DNA of 32,530 nucleotides from a virus (Duplodnaviria > Caudoviricetes). This document shows, in pieces, positions 16,989-25,198 of the stretch (position 1 is its first letter; each line of letters opens with the position of its first letter). The stretch covers positions 1 through 32,530 of the IMG/VR virus record IMGVR_UViG_3300032285_001165. One strand, given 5' to 3'. The notes under the pieces were generated by a model that had not been told where the DNA came from, ran no database searches, and was given only the letters and a program-made list of their open reading frames with translations. The translations under genes and the position numbers were made by a program.

Positions 16989-17630
16989 ATGGATCAATTG
17001 GAAGAATTTCACTACTTCACAACCCCCGTATATGCTGTGAAGAAACCAGAATTTCTTGAACCGATACGCAATGTATCGAAGAAGTACTTGGACAAATCCA
17101 AGTCACGAATAGCAAAGAACAAGAACCCCATGATGGTCATGACGACCAACTTCTCCCTTGATCCTGATGCGAGTGAGTTTGCTCAGTATGTCTCCCAGAC
17201 AGCGTGGAACATCCTGAATGCTCAGGGATACAACATGGATAACTTGGTGACTTTCTTCACTGAGATGTGGACGCAAGAGCACAACTTCCATTCCAGCATG
17301 GATACGCATGTGCATGGTGGTGGATCGCAAATCAGTGCGTTCTATTTTCTGGATGTACCAGAGAACTCATGCAAGATGGTGATCCATGATCCACGAGCAG
17401 GTAAGGTGATGATCAACCTGCCACAGAAGGATGCCAACGCAGTCACACCAGCGTCTGAGCGGATTGTGTTTGCTCCTGAAGCTGGCGCATTGATCATGTG
17501 CCCAGCATGGTTACCACACCAGTTCACACGCAACCTGAACAAGACTAAGCCAGTGCACTTCGTTCACATGAATATCGCTGTGACACACGCACCTGAACAA
17601 CAACAAGAACCCAATGTGGAAATCATATGA
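16989..17630 (+). CDS. 2OG-Fe(II) oxygenase family protein (TIGR02466-like)
   Basis: FTTPVY, HVH...ISAFYFL, DPR, PAWLPH. Confidence 0.8.
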   Translation: MDQLEEFHYFTTPVYAVKKPEFLEPIRNVSKKYLDKSKSRIAKNKNPMMVMTTNFSLDPDASEFAQYVSQTAWNILNAQGYNMDNLVTFFTEMWTQEHNFHSSMDTHVHGGGSQISAFYFLDVPENSCKMVIHDPRAGKVMINLPQKDANAVTPASERIVFAPEAGALIMCPAWLPHQFTRNLNKTKPVHFVHMNIAVTHAPEQQQEPNVEII

Positions 17631-17854
17631 AATATCGCATCAGGTACAACAAGACAGCAGGACAAACAGGTCGTGGATCTGTAGATCACAAGTGGCGTGT
17701 GTTTGATGAGAACAACAAAGAGATCATCTGCAAAGGGGTGAAGATTCAATCCGTAGCATGGACAGAGATGGATCCCAACGGTGTGGATTGGAACTTCGTC
17801 ACAGAAGGAAAATTGATAGTTGAACGAGAAACTTCAACTGTTGTCATTGTCTAA
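17627..17854 (+). CDS. Hypothetical protein
   Basis: 75 aa, ATGA-coupled to the oxygenase. Confidence 0.7.
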   Translation: MKYRIRYNKTAGQTGRGSVDHKWRVFDENNKEIICKGVKIQSVAWTEMDPNGVDWNFVTEGKLIVERETSTVVIV

Positions 17855-17868
17855 TTCTGTGTTAGACT
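17850..17868 (+). promoter_or_regulatory. Motif C operator overlapping -10-like TAGACT
   Basis: TCTAATTCTGTGTTAGA. Confidence 0.6.
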
Positions 17869-17904
17869 CTCAGTGCCACATTGAGTGGTTTTAAGGGAGA
17901 AGAC

Positions 17905-18189
17905 ATGACAGAAGAAGAACTAGAGATAGCAATACTGAAGCATGGAAGAAGGCGTAAGACCTTCGAGGAAGAAGGACTGAGCGAGAACGACGCTTGGGAC
18001 TTGGCTGATAAGTTGTTTGATAGGGACGCAGATCCCCAAGACGACAGACGGTTGTGCTTTGAATGCAAGAAGTACGACACACAAACGAAGACATGCCCCA
18101 AAATCGTTGATCGAAAGGGTGTGCCTCAAAGACCACTGCGATTCATACTGCAACGGTGTGATTGGTTTGATTTGAAAGGGAAAAAATGA
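17905..18189 (+). CDS. Hypothetical protein with C-terminal Cys4 cluster
   Basis: ATG 17905 after AAGGGAG, DDRRLCFEC...C...RC. Confidence 0.7.
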   Translation: MTEEELEIAILKHGRRRKTFEEEGLSENDAWDLADKLFDRDADPQDDRRLCFECKKYDTQTKTCPKIVDRKGVPQRPLRFILQRCDWFDLKGKK

Positions 18190-18461
18190 ATTTGTCGAAT
18201 AACTTCGCTTACTGGTTGTCCGTTCAGGGCGAACCAGCTATGTTGCCTAGTCAAACAAAGTCCGTGACAAACATCTTGAGGAACCTGCAAGAAGCAGATC
18301 TCATCAGTGTCATGTACTACGGTTCTGACGAGCTGGCGTGCAATGCATTGAAGGAACTCAAGAAACGGTTCGAGAACGAGATGAACGAGCTCGATGAACT
18401 CAACAACGACCAAGGTCGTCGATACGAGCAGGAGAGCGAATATGCTGGTGATTGGAATTGA
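18186..18461 (+). CDS. Hypothetical protein
   Basis: 91 aa, coupled to neighbours. Confidence 0.65.
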   Translation: MNLSNNFAYWLSVQGEPAMLPSQTKSVTNILRNLQEADLISVMYYGSDELACNALKELKKRFENEMNELDELNNDQGRRYEQESEYAGDWN

Positions 18462-18891
18462 CCCCGGTGCTTCTGGCGCTATCGTTCTCCTCGAAGACGA
18501 CAAACCCATCGAGTGGATGTTGATGCCCACCTACAAGGTCGGATCTGCAACCCGTGTGAATGCGTCCGAGCTGTGCTACTTCATGGACAGGATCAAGATC
18601 GATCATGTGTATGTGGAACAGGTCGGAGCAATGCCCGGACAAGGCGTGACATCGATGTTCAACTTCGGTCACTCGTGCGGGACGGTCATGGGCGTGATAG
18701 GCGCTCTGGAGTACCCACATACCATGGTGACACCACAGAAGTGGAAAAAGAACGCAGGGCTCATTGGTACCGACAAGGACGCATCACGAGCTCGTGCTAT
18801 CCAGCTTTGGCCTGACTGGAGAGCACTGGACACCAAAGGCAACGGTCAAGCGTATGCCGACGCATCACTCATAGCGAGGTTTGGAAAATGA
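18442..18891 (+). CDS. RuvC-like Holliday junction resolvase
   Basis: VIGIDPG...VYVE...VTPQKWKK...ADA, ATG 18442 after AGGAG. Confidence 0.85.
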   Translation: MLVIGIDPGASGAIVLLEDDKPIEWMLMPTYKVGSATRVNASELCYFMDRIKIDHVYVEQVGAMPGQGVTSMFNFGHSCGTVMGVIGALEYPHTMVTPQKWKKNAGLIGTDKDASRARAIQLWPDWRALDTKGNGQAYADASLIARFGK

Positions 18892-19088
18892 AAGATATAC
18901 AAGCATTTCCACTTCAAGCAACAGAAGACTACACGGGGCAAGATGGCATGACCTTGCGTGATTACTTTGCGGCTAAGGCTATGCAAGGAATGTTGTCAGA
19001 AAACTCAGGCATCAGATACCCAACTGATGAACTTGTAGATTTTGCTTACAAGGTAGCAGACGAAATGATGAAAGCGAGGGAACAATGA
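18888..19088 (+). CDS. Conserved small phage protein
   Basis: GMTLRDYFAAKAMQ...AY..AD.M motif. Confidence 0.75.
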   Translation: MKDIQAFPLQATEDYTGQDGMTLRDYFAAKAMQGMLSENSGIRYPTDELVDFAYKVADEMMKAREQ

Positions 19089-19426
19089 ACCAGAAGGACA
19101 TCAACGACGCAGTGGATTATCTGTACACCCACGGTCGCAAATACGCAGAAGCAAAAGCACACCGTGTGTACTTGGAGGAATACCGCAAGTCACAGAAGGC
19201 AATGCTCATGAAGAAGGCAATGGCTGAGGGACGAGCCAAGACCGCAGTGGCGGCAGAGATCGAAGCCTACGCAGACTCAGCCTACATTGAGGTGCTCAAG
19301 GGGCTGGAAGGCGCTGTAGAGCGTGAAGAGGAGCTCCGCTGGGGGTTGGTATCAGCACAAGCTCGAATCGATGTCTGGCGCTCTCAGGAGGCATCCAACA
19401 GGACAATGGACAGGGCGGTAGCGTGA
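19085..19426 (+). CDS. Helical hypothetical protein (possibly UvsY-like)
   Basis: 113 aa coiled protein ending IDVWRS. Family assignment is tentative. Confidence 0.6.
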   Translation: MNQKDINDAVDYLYTHGRKYAEAKAHRVYLEEYRKSQKAMLMKKAMAEGRAKTAVAAEIEAYADSAYIEVLKGLEGAVEREEELRWGLVSAQARIDVWRSQEASNRTMDRAVA

Positions 19427-19698
19427 ACGGTTCCTACAACAAGAACGAGCGAGAGTGGGTGCAACTGGTCAAGGAGCAACCCTGCTCCGTCTGCGGTGCC
19501 CCACCACCCAGCGATGCCCACCACATCAAGCAAGGGAAGCACTACACCGTCGTGGCGCTATGCAAGTCCTGCCACCAAGGGTCAAACATGGGCTGGCATG
19601 GCAATAAAAGAGCGTGGGCGATCGCCAAAATGGACGAGTTGGATGCCCTGAATGAGACCATAAGAAACATAAGTACTACTAAACGGATTAGTACTTAG
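19423..19698 (+). CDS. HNH-like Zn-binding nuclease (Ref/DUF968-like)
   Basis: CSVC...DAHH...ALCKSCH. Confidence 0.75.
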   Translation: MNGSYNKNEREWVQLVKEQPCSVCGAPPPSDAHHIKQGKHYTVVALCKSCHQGSNMGWHGNKRAWAIAKMDELDALNETIRNISTTKRIST

Positions 19699-19796
19699 GG
19701 TAAGTCCCTAGAAAATAATTGCAAATATTTTCAAAAAAGGCTTGCAAGACTCTAATTTTCAGTTATCATTCTCCTCACTGCAATGTCGCAGGTTTA
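19677..19796 (+). promoter_or_regulatory. Early promoter with palindrome A, palindrome B, motif C and leader hairpin
   Basis: A 19677-19693, B 19696-19710, -35 TTGCAA 19742, -10 TATCAT 19764, motif C 19751-19767, leader 19776-19796. Confidence 0.75.
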
Positions 19797-19810
19797 TTTA
19801 GGAGATCAAC

Positions 19811-20131
19811 ATGATCACAGCAACACAAGCCTCTATCCAAGCTCTTGCAACAGTAGAGTCTCTCTCATCTGACATCGACGCACTCTATGTGCTCGACCAA
19901 CAAGCCAAAGCATTGGCAGAGCAAGTCAAAGCAATGAAGGACGCTATTGCCAACAAGTATGGCGAAGGCGAACACCAAGGTGAATTGCACTCAGTGACCA
20001 TCCAGATGGTTGCAGTCAAGGGTACTGTTGACTACAAGAAGTTGTGTGTGTCTTACGGCATTCAAGACAGCGTGCTCGACACCTTCCGCAAAGAAGGTCG
20101 TGCTGACATTCGTGTAACTCCAAACAAATAA
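19811..20131 (+). CDS. Hypothetical early protein
   Basis: 106 aa, AGGAG RBS. Confidence 0.8.
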   Translation: MITATQASIQALATVESLSSDIDALYVLDQQAKALAEQVKAMKDAIANKYGEGEHQGELHSVTIQMVAVKGTVDYKKLCVSYGIQDSVLDTFRKEGRADIRVTPNK

Positions 20132-20142
20132 GGGGAACCAAC

Positions 20143-20403
20143 ATGACACGCAAGATCACAAAAAAATCTTTGTATGTGGGCATGTTGGTGGTCACATCTG
20201 ACCTCCTCGGAGCCCAAGTAAGAACCCTCAGCCATATCTTCAAAGGTACCAACATGGTTGAGCTCCAGTGGATGGAGGGTACTCGTCACTGCTCACAGGG
20301 CGTTGACTACTCTTTGTGCTCTATCCCATCAATCAAACAAATCGAACATTCCATCAATGACCACGGTGCATTGATTGGCGTGAACGAAATCTTAAACTTC
20401 TAA
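20143..20403 (+). CDS. Hypothetical protein
   Basis: 86 aa, RBS present. Confidence 0.7.
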   Translation: MTRKITKKSLYVGMLVVTSDLLGAQVRTLSHIFKGTNMVELQWMEGTRHCSQGVDYSLCSIPSIKQIEHSINDHGALIGVNEILNF

Positions 20404-20415
20404 GGAGAGACCACC

Positions 20416-20799
20416 ATGTACGGATCTTTAATCAACAGATTGCAAGAGCGCATGGTGGTCGGTGCTCCCACCCCCGTAGTGGGGATGGGCGCTACCATGA
20501 CCTCCTACTCTGACCGTCACGCAGGCACCATCATCGAGGTGAAGAAAGTCGGTAAGGGATTGCTGATCACTGTGCAAGCAGACGATGTCAAACGCATTGA
20601 CAACAACGGCATGTCTGAGAGCCAAGAGTACCAATACACACCCAACCCCAACGGTGCCACCTACCTGTACAAGCAGAAGGAACCAAACACACGCTGGGTA
20701 GCGATGTACATGAACCAAGAGACAGGACGACTCAACAAGTCTGAGCGTGGTGGTTTAGTCATCGGTGAGCGTGACGAGTACTACGACTTCTCGTTTTGA
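20416..20799 (+). CDS. Hypothetical protein
   Basis: 127 aa, TAAGGAG RBS. Confidence 0.8.
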   Translation: MYGSLINRLQERMVVGAPTPVVGMGATMTSYSDRHAGTIIEVKKVGKGLLITVQADDVKRIDNNGMSESQEYQYTPNPNGATYLYKQKEPNTRWVAMYMNQETGRLNKSERGGLVIGERDEYYDFSF

Positions 20800-20800
20800 C

Positions 20801-21244
20801 ATGACACTCTCAGAATTACAAATCGTTTTGAACGCACTCACCGACGACTGGGTGAGTGCGGATACCGACACAGCGATCAAGATCATCAAACGAGAGATCG
20901 CCAAGAAGGGGCGCAAAAAGGGTCACAAACCCTTATCAGCGATTCCCCCACACCAATCCCATAGCGATACCAGCATAGCGTCTGCAATCGCTTCTATGAG
21001 CAAATTTGGGGATAGCAGGCATGCGGTGTTTTTAGCGTTGGCACAAAACCCCATGACAGATGAGGAATGCCAGACTAAACTGGGAATGTCTGGGAACTCA
21101 CATCGACCATGCAGAGTTACTTTGGTTGACGCAGGTCTAGTGGAGGATTCAGGGTACCGTCGCAAGACCAAATCAAAGCGTAACGCTGTGGTCTGGAGAG
21201 TAACGGAGTCGGGCGTAAATTATCTTATGGGGAGACTCACATGA
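20801..21244 (+). CDS. Winged-HTH DNA-binding protein
   Basis: MTDEE...R..LVDAGLVEDSG.RR...AVVW pattern, ATG 20801. Confidence 0.7.
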   Translation: MTLSELQIVLNALTDDWVSADTDTAIKIIKREIAKKGRKKGHKPLSAIPPHQSHSDTSIASAIASMSKFGDSRHAVFLALAQNPMTDEECQTKLGMSGNSHRPCRVTLVDAGLVEDSGYRRKTKSKRNAVVWRVTESGVNYLMGRLT

Positions 21245-21396
21245 TTGATACACAAACGGATTTACTCGCACGCTGGCGTGCTCTGGGTTGGATCCCACCA
21301 AGCGAACAACCTGAGGTTCAAAAGAAGTGGAAGGATGTGGCAGAGAACACGCACTGGCCTTTCCGCAAACCAGAAGAAGCAGAAGCTCATGGCTGA
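21241..21396 (+). CDS. Small hypothetical protein (51 aa, not in ORF track)
   Basis: MIDTQTDLLARWRALGWIPPSEQ..., GGAG RBS, ATGA overlap. Confidence 0.65.
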   Translation: MIDTQTDLLARWRALGWIPPSEQPEVQKKWKDVAENTHWPFRKPEEAEAHG

Positions 21397-21520
21397 ACTG
21401 CTCGACACAATCGTTAACCTGTTCATCATCGTTTTTTCGACAATCGGTTTCGTTGTCACATTCACGGTGGCGTGGGTTTACTTTCTCTTATACCAACAAT
21501 CGAAAGACAGAGATGACTGA
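21389..21520 (+). CDS. Small membrane protein
   Basis: MAELLDTIVNLFIIVF..., single hydrophobic helix. Confidence 0.55.
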   Translation: MAELLDTIVNLFIIVFSTIGFVVTFTVAWVYFLLYQQSKDRDD

Positions 21521-21773
21521 AAAAAAAGAACTGAGCCAACTGGCTAAGACAATCCTCGGTGGAGCTGGTCACATACAGACTTTCACACAATCCGAGTTCG
21601 ACGAAGCATTGGCTCTGGCTAAGGCAGAGATCATGATGGTGGCTATTGAGACTACTAAGCGTGCCATCATGATTGAGCGTGAAGAGTGCGCCAAGCTTGC
21701 GGACGAGTGCACCGACATTGAAAAGCTGGGGGACGCTATACGCAACCGCATACCAACCCAGCAGGTGCAGTGA
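21513..21773 (+). CDS. Hypothetical protein
   Basis: MTEKKEL...EREECAK...AIRNR. Confidence 0.65.
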   Translation: MTEKKELSQLAKTILGGAGHIQTFTQSEFDEALALAKAEIMMVAIETTKRAIMIEREECAKLADECTDIEKLGDAIRNRIPTQQVQ

Positions 21774-22105
21774 TGGACAAAGAAACCAAAGAAGCCATTG
21801 AGAAGGTCGGGAAGTACCTAGAACGCCTCGATCCTCTGTCACAGCGATACATCACCAAGATCATCGACAAAGACGGCACCAGCGTCGCCCTGAGCGTCGC
21901 CTGCAACATGTCCACCAGCCTGATGTGCGTCGCCATGCTTCTGGTGGAAGCCAGCAACGGGGATGTAGACGAATTCATGGAGATGGTCATTCAGGAGCTG
22001 GTGCAGAAGCACAAGCAGGCAAGGGTCAAGGCTATGTCTCAGGTGGCTATCCTGCAAGCCCAGTATGGGGATGGGGCGAATTTCACCTGCCGTCCGTTGC
22101 ATTAG
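21770..22105 (+). CDS. Hypothetical protein
   Basis: 111 aa, coupled to upstream gene. Confidence 0.65.
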   Translation: MMDKETKEAIEKVGKYLERLDPLSQRYITKIIDKDGTSVALSVACNMSTSLMCVAMLLVEASNGDVDEFMEMVIQELVQKHKQARVKAMSQVAILQAQYGDGANFTCRPLH

Positions 22106-22194
22106 GGAAAGTCCCTAGAAAATATTTTTGCTAAACCCCTTGACAGACTCTAACTTTGAGTTATACTTTCTTCACTACCAACGAGGTAGGTTTA
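22103..22194 (+). promoter_or_regulatory. Strong sigma70-type promoter with palindrome B, motif C and leader hairpin
   Basis: B 22103-22117, TTGACA 22140, TATACT 22162, motif C 22149-22165, hairpin CTACC-AACGA-GGTAG. Confidence 0.8.
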
Positions 22195-22209
22195 ACAAGG
22201 AGTTAGAAA

Positions 22210-22599
22210 ATGAAAGCAACTTACACAGCATATGTCGCATCTGATCTGTTCAACGCAGGTTATTCTTGCGATGGTCATCCCTTCATCGCAGAGCAGTATT
22301 ATGTTCTGGTGGAGAACGAAGCAGGTCGTCGCTTCCGTCATATCGCCATCTTCAACGGTACAGAGCGTATCGTTTGCGAAGAGACTGGTGATGCATGTTT
22401 CCCAGATTTGCGTGAAGAAGCTTCTGCCAAAGCAGAGCGTTTAGCAACTCGTGTTAACGCAGTGTTGGCATCTGGTAACGGTTTAGAAGGTCTCGATCCA
22501 GTTTATTGGGACGAAGTAGATCCTGCTTATGGTTCCGACGAGTATGTCGGTCAAGGTACCGAAGCAAAGCGTGTTTTTCAAGAGAAGTTAGTTGGTTAA
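22210..22599 (+). CDS. Hypothetical early protein
   Basis: 129 aa, AAGGAG RBS. Confidence 0.8.
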   Translation: MKATYTAYVASDLFNAGYSCDGHPFIAEQYYVLVENEAGRRFRHIAIFNGTERIVCEETGDACFPDLREEASAKAERLATRVNAVLASGNGLEGLDPVYWDEVDPAYGSDEYVGQGTEAKRVFQEKLVG

Positions 22600-22606
22600 A
22601 TTAAAC

Positions 22607-22620
22607 GGGGCTTCGGCCCC
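22607..22620 (+). other. Intergenic UUCG-tetraloop hairpin without U-tract
   Basis: GGGGC-TTCG-GCCCC. Confidence 0.6.
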
Positions 22621-22635
22621 AACTAGGAGCAAACC

Positions 22636-23487
22636 ATGACACATCCTTTTGAAAAAGCAAAACTCGGTAAGGCACCTTTCTCATGCACCCATGTGACTGA
22701 GAATGTATGGGACAACGGTGATGGCACCACAAAGGCTGGCGGTGTCTGCGATTACTGCGGTACAGGCATCCGTTGGGAATTCTGGATCAAGGGCTCTATC
22801 GCTGGCGCACGCCAGTTCAAGGTCGGTTGCGATTGCGTCGCCAAGACTGGCTGGGGTATCGAAGGCTTTGAGAAAGTTCGTGCCGATCATGTTCGTGCAC
22901 GCAGACAAGCTGGCGCACAAAAGCGTCGTGAGTCCCGCAAAGCTCAAATGGAAGCAGAGCGCCTCCAGCGTACCGCACAACGCATTGAAGCTACCCAAGC
23001 ATGGCGTGATCAAAACAGCGCCTTGGTGACCCGTCTACAGGCTTACGAAGGCACAAATGACTTCTTGCACAGCATGGCTCACAACTTAGCTCAGTGGGGT
23101 AACCTGACTGCACGCCAACAAGAAGCTGTCGAGTCTTGCTTTGCGGTGATCGACCGTCTTGAGCTTGCACGAGCTAACAGCCAGCACATTGGCGCTGTGG
23201 GTGACAAGCTCACCTTTAACATCACTGTTGAGCGCATCATCGTGCTCGAAAGCATCTACGGCACCAACTTCATCACCATTGCTAATGATGAGCATGGCAA
23301 CGCCATCACTTACAAAGGTCGTTCCAATATTGGCAACAAGGGTGATACTGTCACCATCAAAGCCAGCGTGAAAGAGCACACCGAGTACAACGGTGTCAAA
23401 CAAACAGTTGTACAGCGCCCAAAAAAAGTATTGACGCCAGAATCTAACCCTGTGTTAGAATCTAACCACTGCAATGAGCAGGTTTAA
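22636..23487 (+). CDS. Zn-finger plus C-terminal OB-fold-like protein
   Basis: CDYC...VGCDC, then HIGAVGDK...KASVKEHTEYNGVKQTVVQRPK. Confidence 0.7.
   Translation: MTHPFEKAKLGKAPFSCTHVTENVWDNGDGTTKAGGVCDYCGTGIRWEFWIKGSIAGARQFKVGCDCVAKTGWGIEGFEKVRADHVRARRQAGAQKRRESRKAQMEAERLQRTAQRIEATQAWRDQNSALVTRLQAYEGTNDFLHSMAHNLAQWGNLTARQQEAVESCFAVIDRLELARANSQHIGAVGDKLTFNITVERIIVLESIYGTNFITIANDEHGNAITYKGRSNIGNKGDTVTIKASVKEHTEYNGVKQTVVQRPKKVLTPESNPVLESNHCNEQV
23431..23486 (+). promoter_or_regulatory. Promoter with motif C and leader hairpin
   Basis: TTGACG 23431, TAGAAT 23456 (19-bp spacer), motif C 23443-23459, leader 23467-23486. Confidence 0.6.
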
Positions 23488-23502
23488 AACTAGGAGTTAG
23501 AG

Positions 23503-23757
23503 ATGAAACGCACATACATCAAAGCATTCAACGCCCTCAAGAAGCTGGGGGTTCCCGTCTACGAGCACGCAGACGACAATGGGAACTTCAGCATCAGTGC
23601 AGAAGAACCTGAGAGCCACAAGTGGGTGAATTACTATGCAGAGTACCCTTACTGGAAGGGTCACAAGGAAAACCCCGTCTTGAACAACTTGTTGCACAAG
23701 TACGGACTTTTTGCTGAATGGGTGAACTGTGGTCGCCTGTCAGTCTACGAAGCATAA
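23503..23757 (+). CDS. Hypothetical protein
   Basis: 84 aa, AGGAG RBS. Confidence 0.8.
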   Translation: MKRTYIKAFNALKKLGVPVYEHADDNGNFSISAEEPESHKWVNYYAEYPYWKGHKENPVLNNLLHKYGLFAEWVNCGRLSVYEA

Positions 23758-23767
23758 GGAGAACAAG

Positions 23768-24070
23768 ATGGAAGACTTCAAAACAATGGCACAAGCCAAC
23801 GACAGCGTGATCGACTTCAATACCATGGTCAAGAAGATGATGGATACCGCAAACAAAGCCACCACCATGTTGGCTTACTGCGACTACATCGCCCACCTGA
23901 TTCAGGGAATCCTGAAGGTGGAAGACACCAACGAAGAGAACCTGCTGGCAAGCGTAGGTCGCTCACAGTGGGACTTGGACGCAAACGGATCTCTGGCATC
24001 CACTAAGAAGACAATCGCTGTAGAAGATCGCTATGGCAAGAAATACAAAATCACAGTGGAGGAAGCATGA
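23768..24070 (+). CDS. Hypothetical protein
   Basis: ATG 23768 after TAAGGAG. Confidence 0.75.
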   Translation: MEDFKTMAQANDSVIDFNTMVKKMMDTANKATTMLAYCDYIAHLIQGILKVEDTNEENLLASVGRSQWDLDANGSLASTKKTIAVEDRYGKKYKITVEEA

Positions 24071-24183
24071 GAGAAGAAACCCTCGCAGAGAAGATACTAA
24101 TCGGATTAGTATTCGTAGCCACCATTGTGTTGCTGGTCATGATGCCTGACCTAGTACCCTTCACCCCCATCAACTGTAAATAA
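24067..24183 (+). CDS. Small membrane protein (38 aa, not in ORF track)
   Basis: MREETLAEKILIGLVFVATIVLLVMM..., ATGA overlap. Contains palindrome A at 24095-24111. Confidence 0.6.
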   Translation: MREETLAEKILIGLVFVATIVLLVMMPDLVPFTPINCK

Positions 24184-24191
24184 GGAACACT

Positions 24192-24413
24192 ATGGTCACC
24201 AAGAAAGTACTTGCCAAGAAAGTGGCAAAAGATATCGACGAACCGAAGTACCACATGCCACAAGAAGTAGCGGACTGGATCGAGCGTGCTAACAGCACCA
24301 TCAAGCACCAAGCAGGCAAGATCGCATCGATGGAGACTGAGATCAAGGAGCTCAAAGCGTACAAAGCGTGGGCATCCAAACGCATGACACAAAGCGACTA
24401 CGAACCCAATTAA
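24192..24413 (+). CDS. Hypothetical coiled-coil protein
   Basis: 73 aa, TAAGGA RBS. Confidence 0.7.
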   Translation: MVTKKVLAKKVAKDIDEPKYHMPQEVADWIERANSTIKHQAGKIASMETEIKELKAYKAWASKRMTQSDYEPN

Positions 24414-24500
24414 CTTTCCACGGGTGAGACTGACACTATTCAGCTCTATGGCTCGAAGAGATTTCAGACTAAAAAGACTGTCTCACCCACCCAACACCAT

Positions 24501-24716
24501 ATGCAAGGCAGAAAAATAGCAGGATACGCATACTCATTCGTTACCAAGATGGGTAAAGAACGAATAGTCATGTCCTCCTTCGGAACCAGCAAGACAAAAG
24601 CCAGCATCTACTTTAACCAGCAAAACCAAGGGAAGCTTGAACCCATCAAGAGACACAAGCTCTACCAAGTGACTGTACATATCGACAAAGAGATCAGATC
24701 CTTCCAAGAACCGTAA
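24501..24716 (+). CDS. Hypothetical protein
   Basis: 71 aa, no clear RBS. Confidence 0.45.
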   Translation: MQGRKIAGYAYSFVTKMGKERIVMSSFGTSKTKASIYFNQQNQGKLEPIKRHKLYQVTVHIDKEIRSFQEP

Positions 24717-24847
24717 TAATCAATTACACTTCAGTCCAAGATGCACTGAAACGATTGTGCGAAAGGACTGAAATATGACCACAAAGAAAGAACGGTTAGT
24801 ACACACTCACGCAAAATCTAAAGTAGACGGATTTAGAGGAGTGAGTC

Positions 24848-25198
24848 ATGGCTGATGGTAAGAAGACAGGCGGTAGGGTAGCTGGAACGCCCAACAAGGC
24901 GACATCAGAGGCTAGGCAAGCCATAGCTACCTTCGTGGATGGAAACGCTCACAGGCTCACTGAATGGCTCGACAGGGTTGCAGACGGTGTACGCAATGAG
25001 GAGGGGGAATTCATCGTCCCACCGAATCCAGCGAAAGCATTCGACATGTTCCAGTCCGTGGTTGAGTACCATGTTCCCAAGCTGGCACGCATGGAAGTAG
25101 CAGGGGATCCTGACGCTCCCATCAAGATGGAGGGTGAGTTCGACCTATTCGACGAGCTCCTCAAGCACTACGCAATGAGTCGGCAGGAATCTGAATGA
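24848..25198 (+). CDS. terS: Terminase small subunit
   Basis: GKKTGGRVAGTPNKAT N-terminus, directly upstream of terL. Confidence 0.75.
   Translation: MADGKKTGGRVAGTPNKATSEARQAIATFVDGNAHRLTEWLDRVADGVRNEEGEFIVPPNPAKAFDMFQSVVEYHVPKLARMEVAGDPDAPIKMEGEFDLFDELLKHYAMSRQESE

Noticed and set aside
22607-22620. Intrinsic terminator
   Set aside because: No U-tract after the stem on the + strand
24419-24492. tRNA gene
   Set aside because: No TTCRA T-loop in the right position and no cloverleaf
24730-24772. Hammerhead ribozyme
   Set aside because: It has stem-GAAA-stem but lacks the CUGANGA core and a third stem with a cleavage triplet
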